Below are positions 18,106-28,026 of a stretch of DNA of 64,000 bases, piece after piece. The notes beneath the pieces were generated by a model. It saw only the letters and a list, made by a program, of their open reading frames with translations, searched no databases and was not told where the DNA came from. The stretch lies in NCBI GenBank assembly GCA_016930175.1, contig JAFGHJ010000046.1:1073-65072 (forward strand), given 5' to 3'. The DNA is from a candidate division WOR-3 bacterium (GTDB taxonomy: Bacteria > Hydrothermota > UBA3072). How positions within the stretch are numbered: the stretch's first letter is position 1; each line of letters starts with the position of its first letter. The position numbers were made by a program, and so were the translations under genes.

Positions 18106-18633
18106 TCATTCATAGTGATCATTAAACTTTATAGATTTGTATATATTACTCGATGCTTTACCCGCAGGACAGGTATCTCTAATAGCACAAACGGGACATA
18201 TTAATACTAAAAATAATACACTATAAGCTATGACAATAATCGAATAAAATATCAAAAGGTTTACACCAAGCTTATAAATAAAATATATTGGCAATATAAT
18301 AATTCCCAATAAACAGAGAAAACCAAGCGATGCAAACAAATCAAACAGACTCTTCACTTTTTTAACTTTCTTTAATAATAATGCAACAATACTTGCGGGT
18401 ATTATAAAACCACCTAAGCCCGGACAGAACTTACCGATATAAGGACATCTCTGATATGCACAGCAGTAACTTTGAAATAGTATCCCTAAAACGAAAAGAG
18501 AACAATAGATAGTAAAAATAAGTTTATTAAGCTCCCATAAATGTACTATAACAAAAAGGTATAGAATAATAATTGGGATTGTTAATAACAAATACACTCC
18601 TTTTCTTTTATAGGGAATACAGCCTTTATACAT
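18106..18633 (-). CDS. Cysteine-rich 4-TM membrane protein of unknown function
   Basis: 175 aa with two clustered Cys motifs, CCAYQRCPYIGKFCPG and CPVCAIRDTCPAG, set between hydrophobic helices. Confidence 0.5.
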   Translation of the reverse strand: MYKGCIPYKRKGVYLLLTIPIIILYLFVIVHLWELNKLIFTIYCSLFVLGILFQSYCCAYQRCPYIGKFCPGLGGFIIPASIVALLLKKVKKVKSLFDLFASLGFLCLLGIIILPIYFIYKLGVNLLIFYSIIVIAYSVLFLVLICPVCAIRDTCPAGKASSNIYKSIKFNDHYE

Positions 18634-18704
18634 TTAATACTCTTTTATAATAAATTTACTCTCTTTATGTTTCAATTTCCATGATTTTCTAACCATCGAA
18701 TTAT

Positions 18705-20132
18705 CTATCTTAACAACGTCATTTTTCTCGTATAACGTAACCGTGAACTCTCAATACAATAAAAGTAAATACCTGAAGGAGCTTCATTTCCTTTTTCATC
18801 CTTCCCATTCCACTTAACCGAATAAGAACCTGCACATTGCTGCTCTGAAACTAAAGTTCGTATTTTCTGACCCGCCAAATTAAATACCGATAAATCGACA
18901 TAACGCAGTCCTGGTAATTCATAAGCAATCATTGTCACCGAAGTAAAAGGATTCGGCGAATTTTGCATAAGTTCAAAAGAAAAATCGACTGGATTTTTTA
19001 CATGCTCGATAAACGACGAAGATAACGGAGCTTTTGCGCAACCGATAAAAGGCTCAAAAATCGCATCAATAGGTTTGTATACTAAAGAGCTAAAATACAA
19101 ATACAATGAATCATTTTTAACAAGAGGAGAAGGAGCAAATAACCCTGATTCGTAATAGCTCCCGGAAGGGCCGTGAGTTAAAATTGGATTCGAGGAAACT
19201 CGTGTAAAATCAAACCCGTCCAATGATTTAGCCAGTCCAATAGTGCCTCTTTCTACGTTCGCAAATGAATCATACGGCAATTCAACCATACTGTAAAATA
19301 ATAAATATTCATTATTTTGTTTAATTACAGCCGGGCACGCAATTCCGGTCGCTTCTTTACCTTTAAAGTTAGGCGAAAAGACAATAGAATCTCTTTGCCA
19401 CTGGTACCCATTCGTAGACGTTGCAAGTGCAACCCAATGAGCAAAAACATCATCAACCAAACCTAAACCTAGATAATAAAGTTTAAAGACCCCATCTTCG
19501 AAAACGACCGATGGCTCTGCTGTTGACCACGAGTCATAACTTATCGTTTCCGGAATTGTATCTTCCCCTGCTGCTATAAATTCGGGAATCGGTAATACGG
19601 GATCACTTTCGGCAAAACGTGGATCACTATTATTTGCAGGGTTATCATATTTTATCCAGTTGATACCGTCAGAAGAATACGCATATCCTATTTGATAAGC
19701 GAAATCAGGTCTATTGTTTCCCGCGTTTCCTTTTCCCGCATACCACATTTTGTATCGCTGGGAAGCCGGTGCAGACTCATCAATCAAGACAAAAGGAGTT
19801 TCGACTTCTGCATCATCCCACGCACCGGCAGGTCCGAGTGACACCATTATTTGCATTGTGTCCGGAATCCAATTCTTACCATCGGAAGATACCGCCCTTC
19901 CTATTTGAGTACTAACACCGCTATCATTGGCGCCAAAAAACATAAACCACTCACTTTCATCAATTACAACGCACGGGTCTGTTTTCCATCTTATCCACGG
20001 AGATGAATCTTGAGGAGTTATAACGGGTATCGAATTAATTGTCCAATCAGTCAGCGAATCAATTCTCTGAGCGAAGACATGTACATAACAAATAATTTGG
20101 AAACAGATTATAATTCTATTAAATTGAGTCAT
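18705..20132 (-). CDS. Secreted beta-propeller glycoside-hydrolase-like protein (GH43/GH32/GH130 fold) with a type IX secretion C-terminal sorting domain
   Basis: Signal peptide. Repeated W..DP..V....W.M.Y and SSDG.NW blade motifs. The C-terminus NSPNPFTSVT...SGIYFYCIESS...RKMTLLR matches the Por_Secre_tail (T9SS CTD) pattern. Confidence 0.75.
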   Translation of the reverse strand: MTQFNRIIICFQIICYVHVFAQRIDSLTDWTINSIPVITPQDSSPWIRWKTDPCVVIDESEWFMFFGANDSGVSTQIGRAVSSDGKNWIPDTMQIMVSLGPAGAWDDAEVETPFVLIDESAPASQRYKMWYAGKGNAGNNRPDFAYQIGYAYSSDGINWIKYDNPANNSDPRFAESDPVLPIPEFIAAGEDTIPETISYDSWSTAEPSVVFEDGVFKLYYLGLGLVDDVFAHWVALATSTNGYQWQRDSIVFSPNFKGKEATGIACPAVIKQNNEYLLFYSMVELPYDSFANVERGTIGLAKSLDGFDFTRVSSNPILTHGPSGSYYESGLFAPSPLVKNDSLYLYFSSLVYKPIDAIFEPFIGCAKAPLSSSFIEHVKNPVDFSFELMQNSPNPFTSVTMIAYELPGLRYVDLSVFNLAGQKIRTLVSEQQCAGSYSVKWNGKDEKGNEAPSGIYFYCIESSRLRYTRKMTLLR

Positions 20133-20255
20133 TTAATTTTATCTTAATATCTTTTATTCCTATATTTCCACACAATTGCCATATCTTTATTATATTTAGT
20201 ATTTCCATAATAGTCAAGTATTTCTTCAAAAGTTAAGTGTTATTTTATGTGGTTC

Positions 20256-21314
20256 CTAATAACTGCAACTAAGTTTATCTATTATCAGATATAAAGACTG
20301 AGCTGCTATCTGATTGGCATCTTCATTCCAATGACTATCATTTCTTATGAAAAAACTTTTGCCCATAGCAATCTCTTTTTCCATTTGTGGTAATATATCT
20401 GCAAAATAAATTTTATTCTCGTTGCAAAGATGTTTAAGTTCTTTGTATAGAATTAAATCGTTATCGCGAAATTTTCTATTTTCATCATGCTGCAGTATCG
20501 GTAAAATAATAAGTTTTATATTCTTTCGATCATAGTTTGATTTCAACTCAGGAAGTATCTCATCAACTCCGTAAAAAGCAATATTATATTCCGGACCAAA
20601 ATTTGCATTAAAAAAACATTTTAATTTTTGCATTTTATTAATAATAAAATTATAAAAAACAGAATGCACAATGGCAAAAGACTCTATATTTTTCATAAGT
20701 TCACTTTCAAAATGCGTAAACATTAATCTATTATTCTTTATCTTCGCGTATTTAACATGCGAACTCCGAATAGCAAATCCATTATAAAAAACATAAGGAT
20801 CATGCAACCGGCTCAATCCGTCTAAATATAATCCCATAATTATAATCTGCGGTTTAACAAAAGAAGACAAGTAACTACCCGCTTCAATCATCTGTTTCAT
20901 ATTATAAGCGGAAACAGAAATATTATATATTGAATATTTTTCGGTCTCAATATTTAATAGATAATTGAGCCTGTTTGACCATCTTTCGGCAACAGGCAAT
21001 CCGTACCCTGCAGAAAACGAATTGCCAAGAACGAAGATACTCTTATATTTTCCATCAAAATTCCACTCATCGTCTCTGAAGCCGAAAGAATTAGTCTTTA
21101 CTTGAACACAATAATTTTCATTTTTTATCTCTATATCAAGATTTGGTAAATATCTATATCCTAAAGTATCGTCATACTGAATATAGTCACTGTCATCTTT
21201 TTTTAAAAGCAACACTTTAGGATAATTTATAAGACGCAAAATCAAATCTGCAATCAAAAAACAGAATAAAAACGAAAAAAAAATAAGCAAAATACTAAAT
21301 ACTATTTTTTTCAT
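20256..21314 (-). CDS. Membrane-anchored SGNH/GDSL-family hydrolase (AlgX/AlgJ-like esterase/acyltransferase candidate)
   Basis: N-terminal TM helix and the FVLGNSFSAGYG block (GDS(L)-like Ser motif). Confidence 0.55.
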   Translation of the reverse strand: MKKIVFSILLIFFSFLFCFLIADLILRLINYPKVLLLKKDDSDYIQYDDTLGYRYLPNLDIEIKNENYCVQVKTNSFGFRDDEWNFDGKYKSIFVLGNSFSAGYGLPVAERWSNRLNYLLNIETEKYSIYNISVSAYNMKQMIEAGSYLSSFVKPQIIIMGLYLDGLSRLHDPYVFYNGFAIRSSHVKYAKIKNNRLMFTHFESELMKNIESFAIVHSVFYNFIINKMQKLKCFFNANFGPEYNIAFYGVDEILPELKSNYDRKNIKLIILPILQHDENRKFRDNDLILYKELKHLCNENKIYFADILPQMEKEIAMGKSFFIRNDSHWNEDANQIAAQSLYLIIDKLSCSY

Positions 21315-21468
21315 AGTTTTTCCCTCTCCTGTCCAGGTTTCTCTGCGATAGATATTTTTAATTAATTCGCGTTATTTGTTGTTTCTCTTTTTTGCAAGCA
21401 GGATTTCTAAATAAAAAAACAAATGGCATGATGGGACTTTGTCTTCTTTACGGCTCAATTTTCTGTTT

Positions 21469-23124
21469 TTAATTAGCTCCACTCAAAAGCTCAGCAGCAT
21501 GCTTTCTTGCAGTTTCGATAGAAGTCTCCCCTGAAATCATCCGGGCTATTTCCTCTACCCTATCTTTCCCGGTAACTTCTTTAACCGACGTAATGGTACG
21601 GCCTTCTTTTTCCTTTTTCTCGACCGTCAAGTGAAAATCCGCTTCTGCTGCAATAGAAGGAAGATGCGTAACACATAAGACCTGTCTTCTTTTACCTATT
21701 TCTTTCATCTTCTCTCCGACCTTTTTTGCAAGGCTACCGCCTATACCTACATCGATTTCATCAAAAACAAGCCCTTCGACTCTGTCTACTTCCGAAAGAA
21801 TAGACTTTAAACCAAGCATTACCCTCGATAACTCTCCTCCGGAAGCAATACTGGAAAGTTGATTCCAACCTTCTCCTACATTCGGCTCAAACAAAAATCT
21901 TACCTCATCTTTACCCAACCCATCGATTTCTTTCTTATCTTTTATCTCTACTTTAAAATGCGCCTTCTCAAAACCTAAATCTTTTATCTCTTCTTCTACT
22001 TTTTTTTCAAAGTCTTTAGAAATATTTTTTCTCTTATCAGAAATCTCTTGAGCCTTTTTTTCAAATTCACTTTCAACTTCAGCTATTTTATCTTTTAACT
22101 CTTTTTCTTTTTCTTTTAAAGACTCCATATCAAAAATCTTAGTGGATAAATCTTCCTTCATATTCAAAAGTTCTTCATAATTCTTATTGTACTTCCGCTT
22201 AAGAGTTTCAACTTTATCTACTATACTTTCAAGCTCGGATAGTCGCATCCGATCATAATTAAGACTATCTTTGTATCTATCCAACTCTAATGATGCGTCC
22301 TGAAGAATCAAATCGGATTCTCCTAGTCTTTCTCCAATTTTTTCTAAAGCTTTATCGAATTTGCCTGCTTTTTTAATATTTGAAGTAATCTCAGAAAGCT
22401 TACGCTGTATTGATTCCTCGCTATCACTTATAAATGAAGTAGCATATTCAACTAATTCATTAATCTCTTCAAAATTATCGAGTTTTTTCTTTTCTTCTTT
22501 CAATTCCTGATACTCTGCCGCACTAAATTTTACACATTCAAGTTCCTTTCTCTGAAATTCATATAAATCTCTGCGATTAGCTAATTCATTTTCCTGTAAT
22601 TCAATCTTTGAAAGGTCATCCTTTAAATTTCCCAACAACTTAAATTTTTCTTCCATTGCTTTTCTTTCTTTCATTAGCTTGCCATAATAGTCCAGAAAAT
22701 CTATATGAGTTTCTTCGTTGATAAGCAACTGGTGTTCGTGCTGCCCGTGTATATCAAAAAGAATATTTCCAAGACTTTTCAGAATATCAATATTTGCAAT
22801 TGAACCGTTAATGTAAACCCTACCTCCGCCTTTCCTGTTAATTATTCTCCTTATAATTAGTTCATTTTCCTCGGGAATCTCGTAATTATTCAGAATTTGA
22901 TTGATTGCCGCCGAATTAGAAAACACCCCTTCAACAATTGCCTTATCTGCTTCTTTCCTTATCGAAGCTATATCTCCTTTATCTCCAAGAAGAAGAGAAA
23001 GGGCGTTTATTATTATGGATTTACCCGTACCGGTCGAACCTGTAAGAACATTGAATCCTGGACTTAAAGTGACCTCTATTCGCTCAAGAAGAGCATAATT
23101 ACTGACTCTTATCTCTTTTATCAT
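21469..23124 (-). CDS. recN: DNA repair protein RecN
   Basis: MIKEIRVSNYALLERIEV...LTGSTGTGKSII Walker A, a long coiled-coil and a C-terminal LSGGE signature. Start taken at the second Met, which matches the RecN N-terminus and gives a 2-4 nt overlap with the nadK stop. Confidence 0.9.
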   Translation of the reverse strand: MIKEIRVSNYALLERIEVTLSPGFNVLTGSTGTGKSIIINALSLLLGDKGDIASIRKEADKAIVEGVFSNSAAINQILNNYEIPEENELIIRRIINRKGGGRVYINGSIANIDILKSLGNILFDIHGQHEHQLLINEETHIDFLDYYGKLMKERKAMEEKFKLLGNLKDDLSKIELQENELANRRDLYEFQRKELECVKFSAAEYQELKEEKKKLDNFEEINELVEYATSFISDSEESIQRKLSEITSNIKKAGKFDKALEKIGERLGESDLILQDASLELDRYKDSLNYDRMRLSELESIVDKVETLKRKYNKNYEELLNMKEDLSTKIFDMESLKEKEKELKDKIAEVESEFEKKAQEISDKRKNISKDFEKKVEEEIKDLGFEKAHFKVEIKDKKEIDGLGKDEVRFLFEPNVGEGWNQLSSIASGGELSRVMLGLKSILSEVDRVEGLVFDEIDVGIGGSLAKKVGEKMKEIGKRRQVLCVTHLPSIAAEADFHLTVEKKEKEGRTITSVKEVTGKDRVEEIARMISGETSIETARKHAAELLSGAN

Positions 23125-23909
23125 CCATTGCCCCAATTTAACTTTTTCCTAAGAATATCAAAGTAATTCCAATCATCAAATTTCACCACTTTTAGCGAGC
23201 TTACATTTTTTTCAACAGTGACTTCTTCACCTGAATTAAGAGTAACTAATTTCTGTCCATCAAAGATAAGACGACATTTTTCTTTGTTTCTTATAAGTAT
23301 TCGCGAATTGAAACTAACGACTAATGGTCTAAAATTCAACGTATGCGGAGATATAGGAGTTATAACAAAAGCTTCAGTATCTGGCTTCAAAATTGGTCCC
23401 CCTGAAGATAGTGAATATGCAGTTGAACCGGTAGGAGTAGCAATGATTAAACCGTCTCCGGAAAGCTGCGTTACAAAACTATCATTTATATATATTTCCA
23501 AATCAATGACTCGTATGTCAGTTGAGGAGAAAACGACATCATTCAAAGCTATATTTCCCTCACCTTTACAATTAGCTTTCAGAAAAAATCTCTCTTTAAG
23601 ATTATAATTCTCACTTTTGAGATCAGCAAAGATTTTGTTGATTTCCTCTTTCCTGATATCAGTTAGAAAACCAAGTCCTCCGAGATTTATACCCAAAATC
23701 GGTATATCAAAATTGTATATAATTGAACTCACCCATAGAAAAGTCCCATCCCCTCCCGCAGCAATCGCAAAATCACATTCTTTTATCTTCTCCTTTTCGC
23801 CATTGTAGAAGACAAGTGATATATCGTTATCAGCTGCAGCTTTTTCCAGATCTTTTAAAACAACCTCTATATTTTTTTTGCCACGTGTGTAAAAGACACC
23901 TACTCTCAT
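23121..23909 (-). CDS. nadK: NAD(+) kinase
   Basis: The GGDGT motif (IAAGGDGTFL) and an NAD kinase C-terminal domain. Conserved nadK-recN adjacency. Confidence 0.9.
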   Translation of the reverse strand: MRVGVFYTRGKKNIEVVLKDLEKAAADNDISLVFYNGEKEKIKECDFAIAAGGDGTFLWVSSIIYNFDIPILGINLGGLGFLTDIRKEEINKIFADLKSENYNLKERFFLKANCKGEGNIALNDVVFSSTDIRVIDLEIYINDSFVTQLSGDGLIIATPTGSTAYSLSSGGPILKPDTEAFVITPISPHTLNFRPLVVSFNSRILIRNKEKCRLIFDGQKLVTLNSGEEVTVEKNVSSLKVVKFDDWNYFDILRKKLNWGNG

Positions 23910-24736
23910 AATTTAACACCATATAATATTCTATTCCTTCCAAACTGGTCATTATATACCGAGTAACTGACTGATTCCGGAACTTCCAGATAAGGCATAT
24001 TAGAACTATCCAGTTCAATAAATATACAACCACCTTTCTTTATTTTATGTGAGGAAGAGTCCAAAATCTTATTTATAATAGAAACCCCTCGATATCCTCC
24101 ATTAAGAGCCGAAATTGGCTCCCGCTTTACAACAATATCAAGCTTTTTTAAATCCCTTTCTGATATATAAGGTGGATTAGAAATAATCATATCAAAAGTT
24201 CCCGAATCATTAAAACAATTTAACAAATCGGCACATATTATATCAATTCGTTTGCCCAGATTATGATATTTTACATTTTTTCTACATATGGAAACTGCCT
24301 CCTTTGAAACATCCGTCGCAACTATTTTTGCTGTCTTAATATTAGAAGCAATTGCAATCGAAATTGCACCTGTACCGCAACCTATCTCGAGAACACGGGG
24401 ATTATTAAATCCCTTTAATCTTTCAATAGCAGAAACAGTCATAAATTCGGTCTCAACCCTGGGAATAAATATTCCTTTATCAATAAAAATATCAAGGCCG
24501 AGAAAATTTATTCTACCGATTATGTACTGCCAGGGCTCTCCCTTTATTCTACGGGCCAAATAACTCTTAAAGATGAGAAAATCTTCCTTTTTAATATCTT
24601 CCTCATCAATAAGTATTTCACCCTTACTTTTACCCGTTGCCTCCTCTAACAAAATAAAACTCTCAAACTCAGGAAAGGAGCTATGTTCGGTTAACTCTCT
24701 ACTTCCAAGATCAAGAACTTCAAGCAATTTCATCAT
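23906..24736 (-). CDS. prmC: Release factor glutamine N5-methyltransferase (PrmC/HemK)
   Basis: The NPPY motif (IISNPPYIS) and the SAM-binding block [13 protein letters not shown]. Lies directly downstream of prfA. Confidence 0.88.
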   Translation of the reverse strand: MMKLLEVLDLGSRELTEHSSFPEFESFILLEEATGKSKGEILIDEEDIKKEDFLIFKSYLARRIKGEPWQYIIGRINFLGLDIFIDKGIFIPRVETEFMTVSAIERLKGFNNPRVLEIGCGTGAISIAIASNIKTAKIVATDVSKEAVSICRKNVKYHNLGKRIDIICADLLNCFNDSGTFDMIISNPPYISERDLKKLDIVVKREPISALNGGYRGVSIINKILDSSSHKIKKGGCIFIELDSSNMPYLEVPESVSYSVYNDQFGRNRILYGVKL

Positions 24737-25808
24737 GAGATTCTTCTTTTTGACTTGCCCTAAGATTCTCTACTAAATCACCAATTTTACCGTCCAGAAA
24801 TGAATCCAGGTTATATTTTGTATAATTTATTCTATGATCCGTAATCCTATTCTGCGGAAAATTATAAGTCCTTATCTTCTCACTTCTGTCTCCGGATCCT
24901 ACCATTTTTTTTCTCTTAGATCTTATTTCTCTATCCGCTTTTTCCTGTTCATACTCAAAAAGTTTTGCCCTAAGAAGTCTCATCGCCTTTTCCCTATTCT
25001 GATGTTGAGATCTTTCATCCTGACATGCAACTATAATTCCGGAAGGTTTATGCTCAATTCTGACCGCTGTACTGGCTTTATTAACATGTTGACCTCCGGG
25101 CCCTGAGGCCGAATAAAAATCAATATCTAAATCCTCAGGATTTATATTAATTTCCACTTCCTCTCTTTCAGGAAGAACCGCAACAGAAACAGCCGAAGTA
25201 TGTATCCTACCACCCGATTCGGTAACAGGTATTCTCTGGACTCTATGAACGCCACTTTCAAACTTTAAATTTCCATAAACCTTACCACCTGAAATTAAGA
25301 CTATAATTTCCTTATAACCGTTCATACCCGACTTGCTGAAATCTACCACTTCGAATTTCCATCCCTGACTTTCCGAATATCTTGTGTACATACGCAAAAG
25401 ATCAACCGCAAATAAAGCAGCTTCTTCCCCGCCAGTTCCGGCGCGTATCTCAAGTACCGCGTTTTTCTTATCTTCTGAATCTTCCGGCAACAAAGCATCT
25501 TTTATTTTGTTTACAAGTTCTTGCTTCCGATTTTTTAAATCACGAAGTTCTTCCTCTGCAAGGATAATCATTTCTTCATCCTCTGTTTCCGATAAAATTT
25601 TCTCGTCTTCCTTTATCTTAGCCGTAACATTAGCATATTCATTAAAAGGCAATATTACATTCTCCAAAGATTTCTTTTCTTGAGAAAGCTCTATTATTCT
25701 TTTTCTATCTTTAATAATCTCAGTATCTTGTAGTGATTTAATAACTTTTTCGTATTTAGCTCTACACTCTTCAGCTTTTTGAAGAAATAAAGAAAGATTT
25801 TCGGTCAT
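24720..25808 (-). CDS. prfA: Peptide chain release factor 1
   Basis: The GGQ motif ([10 protein letters not shown]) and the RF1-type domain arrangement. Confidence 0.93.
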   Translation of the reverse strand: MTENLSLFLQKAEECRAKYEKVIKSLQDTEIIKDRKRIIELSQEKKSLENVILPFNEYANVTAKIKEDEKILSETEDEEMIILAEEELRDLKNRKQELVNKIKDALLPEDSEDKKNAVLEIRAGTGGEEAALFAVDLLRMYTRYSESQGWKFEVVDFSKSGMNGYKEIIVLISGGKVYGNLKFESGVHRVQRIPVTESGGRIHTSAVSVAVLPEREEVEININPEDLDIDFYSASGPGGQHVNKASTAVRIEHKPSGIIVACQDERSQHQNREKAMRLLRAKLFEYEQEKADREIRSKRKKMVGSGDRSEKIRTYNFPQNRITDHRINYTKYNLDSFLDGKIGDLVENLRASQKEESHDEIA

Positions 25809-26522
25809 TTACAACAGCCTCTCGTAGAGCTCCGGTAAGATAACTGCCGCATCACCAAAAATAGAATAATCGACGTACTCACTGAGAACAGTTTTTTCCC
25901 TGTTTATCTCTATTACAAACGCTCCTTTTTCTTTAGAAATTAATGGTATTGAGGCAGCAGGCTGAACCACTCCGGAAGTGCCAACAACAAAGCATAATTC
26001 GCTACTCTCCGCATACGCTCTTGCTTTAATAAGAGCATCATATGGAAGAGGTTCTCCAAACCACACAACATCGGGTCGAATAAGTCCACCACATTTATCA
26101 CATTCAGGTATTTTTTTCGAATTAATTTCACCGAAAATTTTTCCACAATCATTACATTTGTTCCTGTAAATATTACCATGAAGCTCTATAACCCTATTTG
26201 AACCTGCCTTTTGATGTAAATTATCTATATTCTGCGTCACAACTACAAAATTTCTAAAAACAGTTTGCATATTAGCCAAAGCAAAATGGGAAGGATTAGG
26301 TGCTTTCTTTTTTATCATCTCTCTAATTTCACAATGCCATTCCCAGACTTTCTGAGGATTTTTATTAAATTCTTCGACATCAAAAGGGGTTTTATCCGTC
26401 CAGAAACCATTACTCCCTCTAAAAGTGGGTATTCCCGAAGGCGCTGAGCTACCGGCACCAGTTAATGCAAAAGCGGTTTTTGCACTTTTTATCTTCTTTA
26501 AAACTTCATCATCTATTTTCAT
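25809..26522 (-). CDS. cobB: NAD-dependent protein deacylase (Sir2/CobB sirtuin)
   Basis: GAGSSAPSGIPTFRG, a zinc ribbon (CNDCGK...CDKCGG) and VVWFGE are sirtuin catalytic-core motifs. Confidence 0.88.
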   Translation of the reverse strand: MKIDDEVLKKIKSAKTAFALTGAGSSAPSGIPTFRGSNGFWTDKTPFDVEEFNKNPQKVWEWHCEIREMIKKKAPNPSHFALANMQTVFRNFVVVTQNIDNLHQKAGSNRVIELHGNIYRNKCNDCGKIFGEINSKKIPECDKCGGLIRPDVVWFGEPLPYDALIKARAYAESSELCFVVGTSGVVQPAASIPLISKEKGAFVIEINREKTVLSEYVDYSIFGDAAVILPELYERLL

Positions 26523-26873
26523 AACCGTAAAGTAATTACTATCTTCTCTTTGTCAATATTTCTCTTTTAATTGGAATCCAGCATAATAGAATCGTTAGAG
26601 TGTAGAAATTAATAAGCAACACTGAAACCGGAACTCAACGAAAATGTAAAAATCATATATCAAAATGGAAAATTACAAGTAAAAAATCGTTGGTGTGTTA
26701 GTGCGTGGGTGTGTTAGTGTGTTTTTTACGGACTAACGGACTAACCGACCCACAGACCAACTATTTTCCTAATTTTGATTTTTAATTATTAATATTTGAT
26801 TTCTAATGGAAGCGAAAATCAAATCGAGATATTTTTTCCGGAAGAATAAGAAAGAAACTGTAAATACTACGAA

Positions 26874-28007
26874 CTACCATACCTCAGGAGGGGGATTTTG
26901 CAATTCATAATCCCCGGTCATATATCGCTGAACGAAAATTAAATCGTAACCCTTATCATAGTAATACCATATCTGATAAGCAGCTCCACTAGGATTAAAA
27001 GGTTCATCCACGACATAATCAGGAGGTCCTAAAATAATATAAACCTTTCCTCTATCTGTTCTCCATCCTTCAAAAAGAGAACCCCGTGCAAAATTCTTAT
27101 TAGCATAATCTACTCTCTGAAAATACTCGATTAAGAATTCATTTACTCCATCTTCAGGCGTGGGATCTTTACTTTCCCAGAATTCATTCCAGACTTTTTC
27201 TCGTTCTTCAACTTTAGCATTAAGCAATTTCTTCTCCTCCTCCATAGATGAAATATAAGCAACTTGCTTAACTCTCTCGAAATATCTTTTTGACTTAAAG
27301 AACGGTCTCCACACCGTAAAAGAAATAGATTTTCTAACAACTTCCTCTTTATTAACGTTCTTCACTTCCGCTATAAAATTGTACAAACCTTCCTCAAATC
27401 TATCTGCAGGAATAGTAACTTCAACATTTTGATTCTTCTTATCGGGAAGGACAGTATCTCTTTTGAAAAAAGTTTCTTTATCCTCGTCAGTAAAATAAAA
27501 ATTAAGATGGGTTTTTCCCTTTTCAAAACTAAAAATATTCAGCCCAATCCTGACTGTATCTTTATCGGTAATAACCTCTCTTGAAGGATTTGAAAACCAT
27601 CTAATTGATCCTATATCTGTTGATTTTAATCTGGATACCTCTAATTTTGCGGATCTACTCCATACTCTATTTGAATTACGATCCGATACTCTTAGAATAA
27701 CCTCAATTTTCCCTTCAGGTACTTTCACTTTCATAATACCTCTAAAATAAATATCATCGGATGTCGTCTCTTTATACTTATAAACTGAGAATTTATTTCT
27801 TTTACTTTCTCCTCCCAATTGATAGTTATCTTTTTTTACAACCAAAGAGGCTAAAAACTCTCCTGTATAAACAGAGTCTTTTTTCTGGAAGATTAAATCA
27901 GAATAAGATAATCCATAGTTTACGATAACATAGGGAATAGAGCTTGTATCTCTATCAATCTGAAAATCTACGTTAATACCTACAAATAACAAATAAAAAA
28001 AGATCAT
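26874..28007 (-). CDS. GWxTD domain-containing protein (secreted; conserved hypothetical)
   Basis: Signal-like N-terminus and a C-terminal GWRTDRGKVYIILGPPDYV block matching the GWxTD signature. Sits immediately downstream of the sigma-54 regulator on the same strand. Confidence 0.7.
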   Translation of the reverse strand: MIFFYLLFVGINVDFQIDRDTSSIPYVIVNYGLSYSDLIFQKKDSVYTGEFLASLVVKKDNYQLGGESKRNKFSVYKYKETTSDDIYFRGIMKVKVPEGKIEVILRVSDRNSNRVWSRSAKLEVSRLKSTDIGSIRWFSNPSREVITDKDTVRIGLNIFSFEKGKTHLNFYFTDEDKETFFKRDTVLPDKKNQNVEVTIPADRFEEGLYNFIAEVKNVNKEEVVRKSISFTVWRPFFKSKRYFERVKQVAYISSMEEEKKLLNAKVEEREKVWNEFWESKDPTPEDGVNEFLIEYFQRVDYANKNFARGSLFEGWRTDRGKVYIILGPPDYVVDEPFNPSGAAYQIWYYYDKGYDLIFVQRYMTGDYELQNPPPEVW

Positions 28008-28026
28008 TTTAAACTACCCTCATGCA

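Noticed and set aside
21315-21468. Possible terminator downstream of recN and the shared ATTTGTTGTTTCT motif with 534-548
   Set aside because: The stem is only 5 bp with a large loop. The 13-mer match between the two regions is in opposite relative orientation to the nearest genes and could be chance.
23218-23911. Plus-strand ORFs of 129, 63 and 62 aa
   Set aside because: Antisense within nadK.
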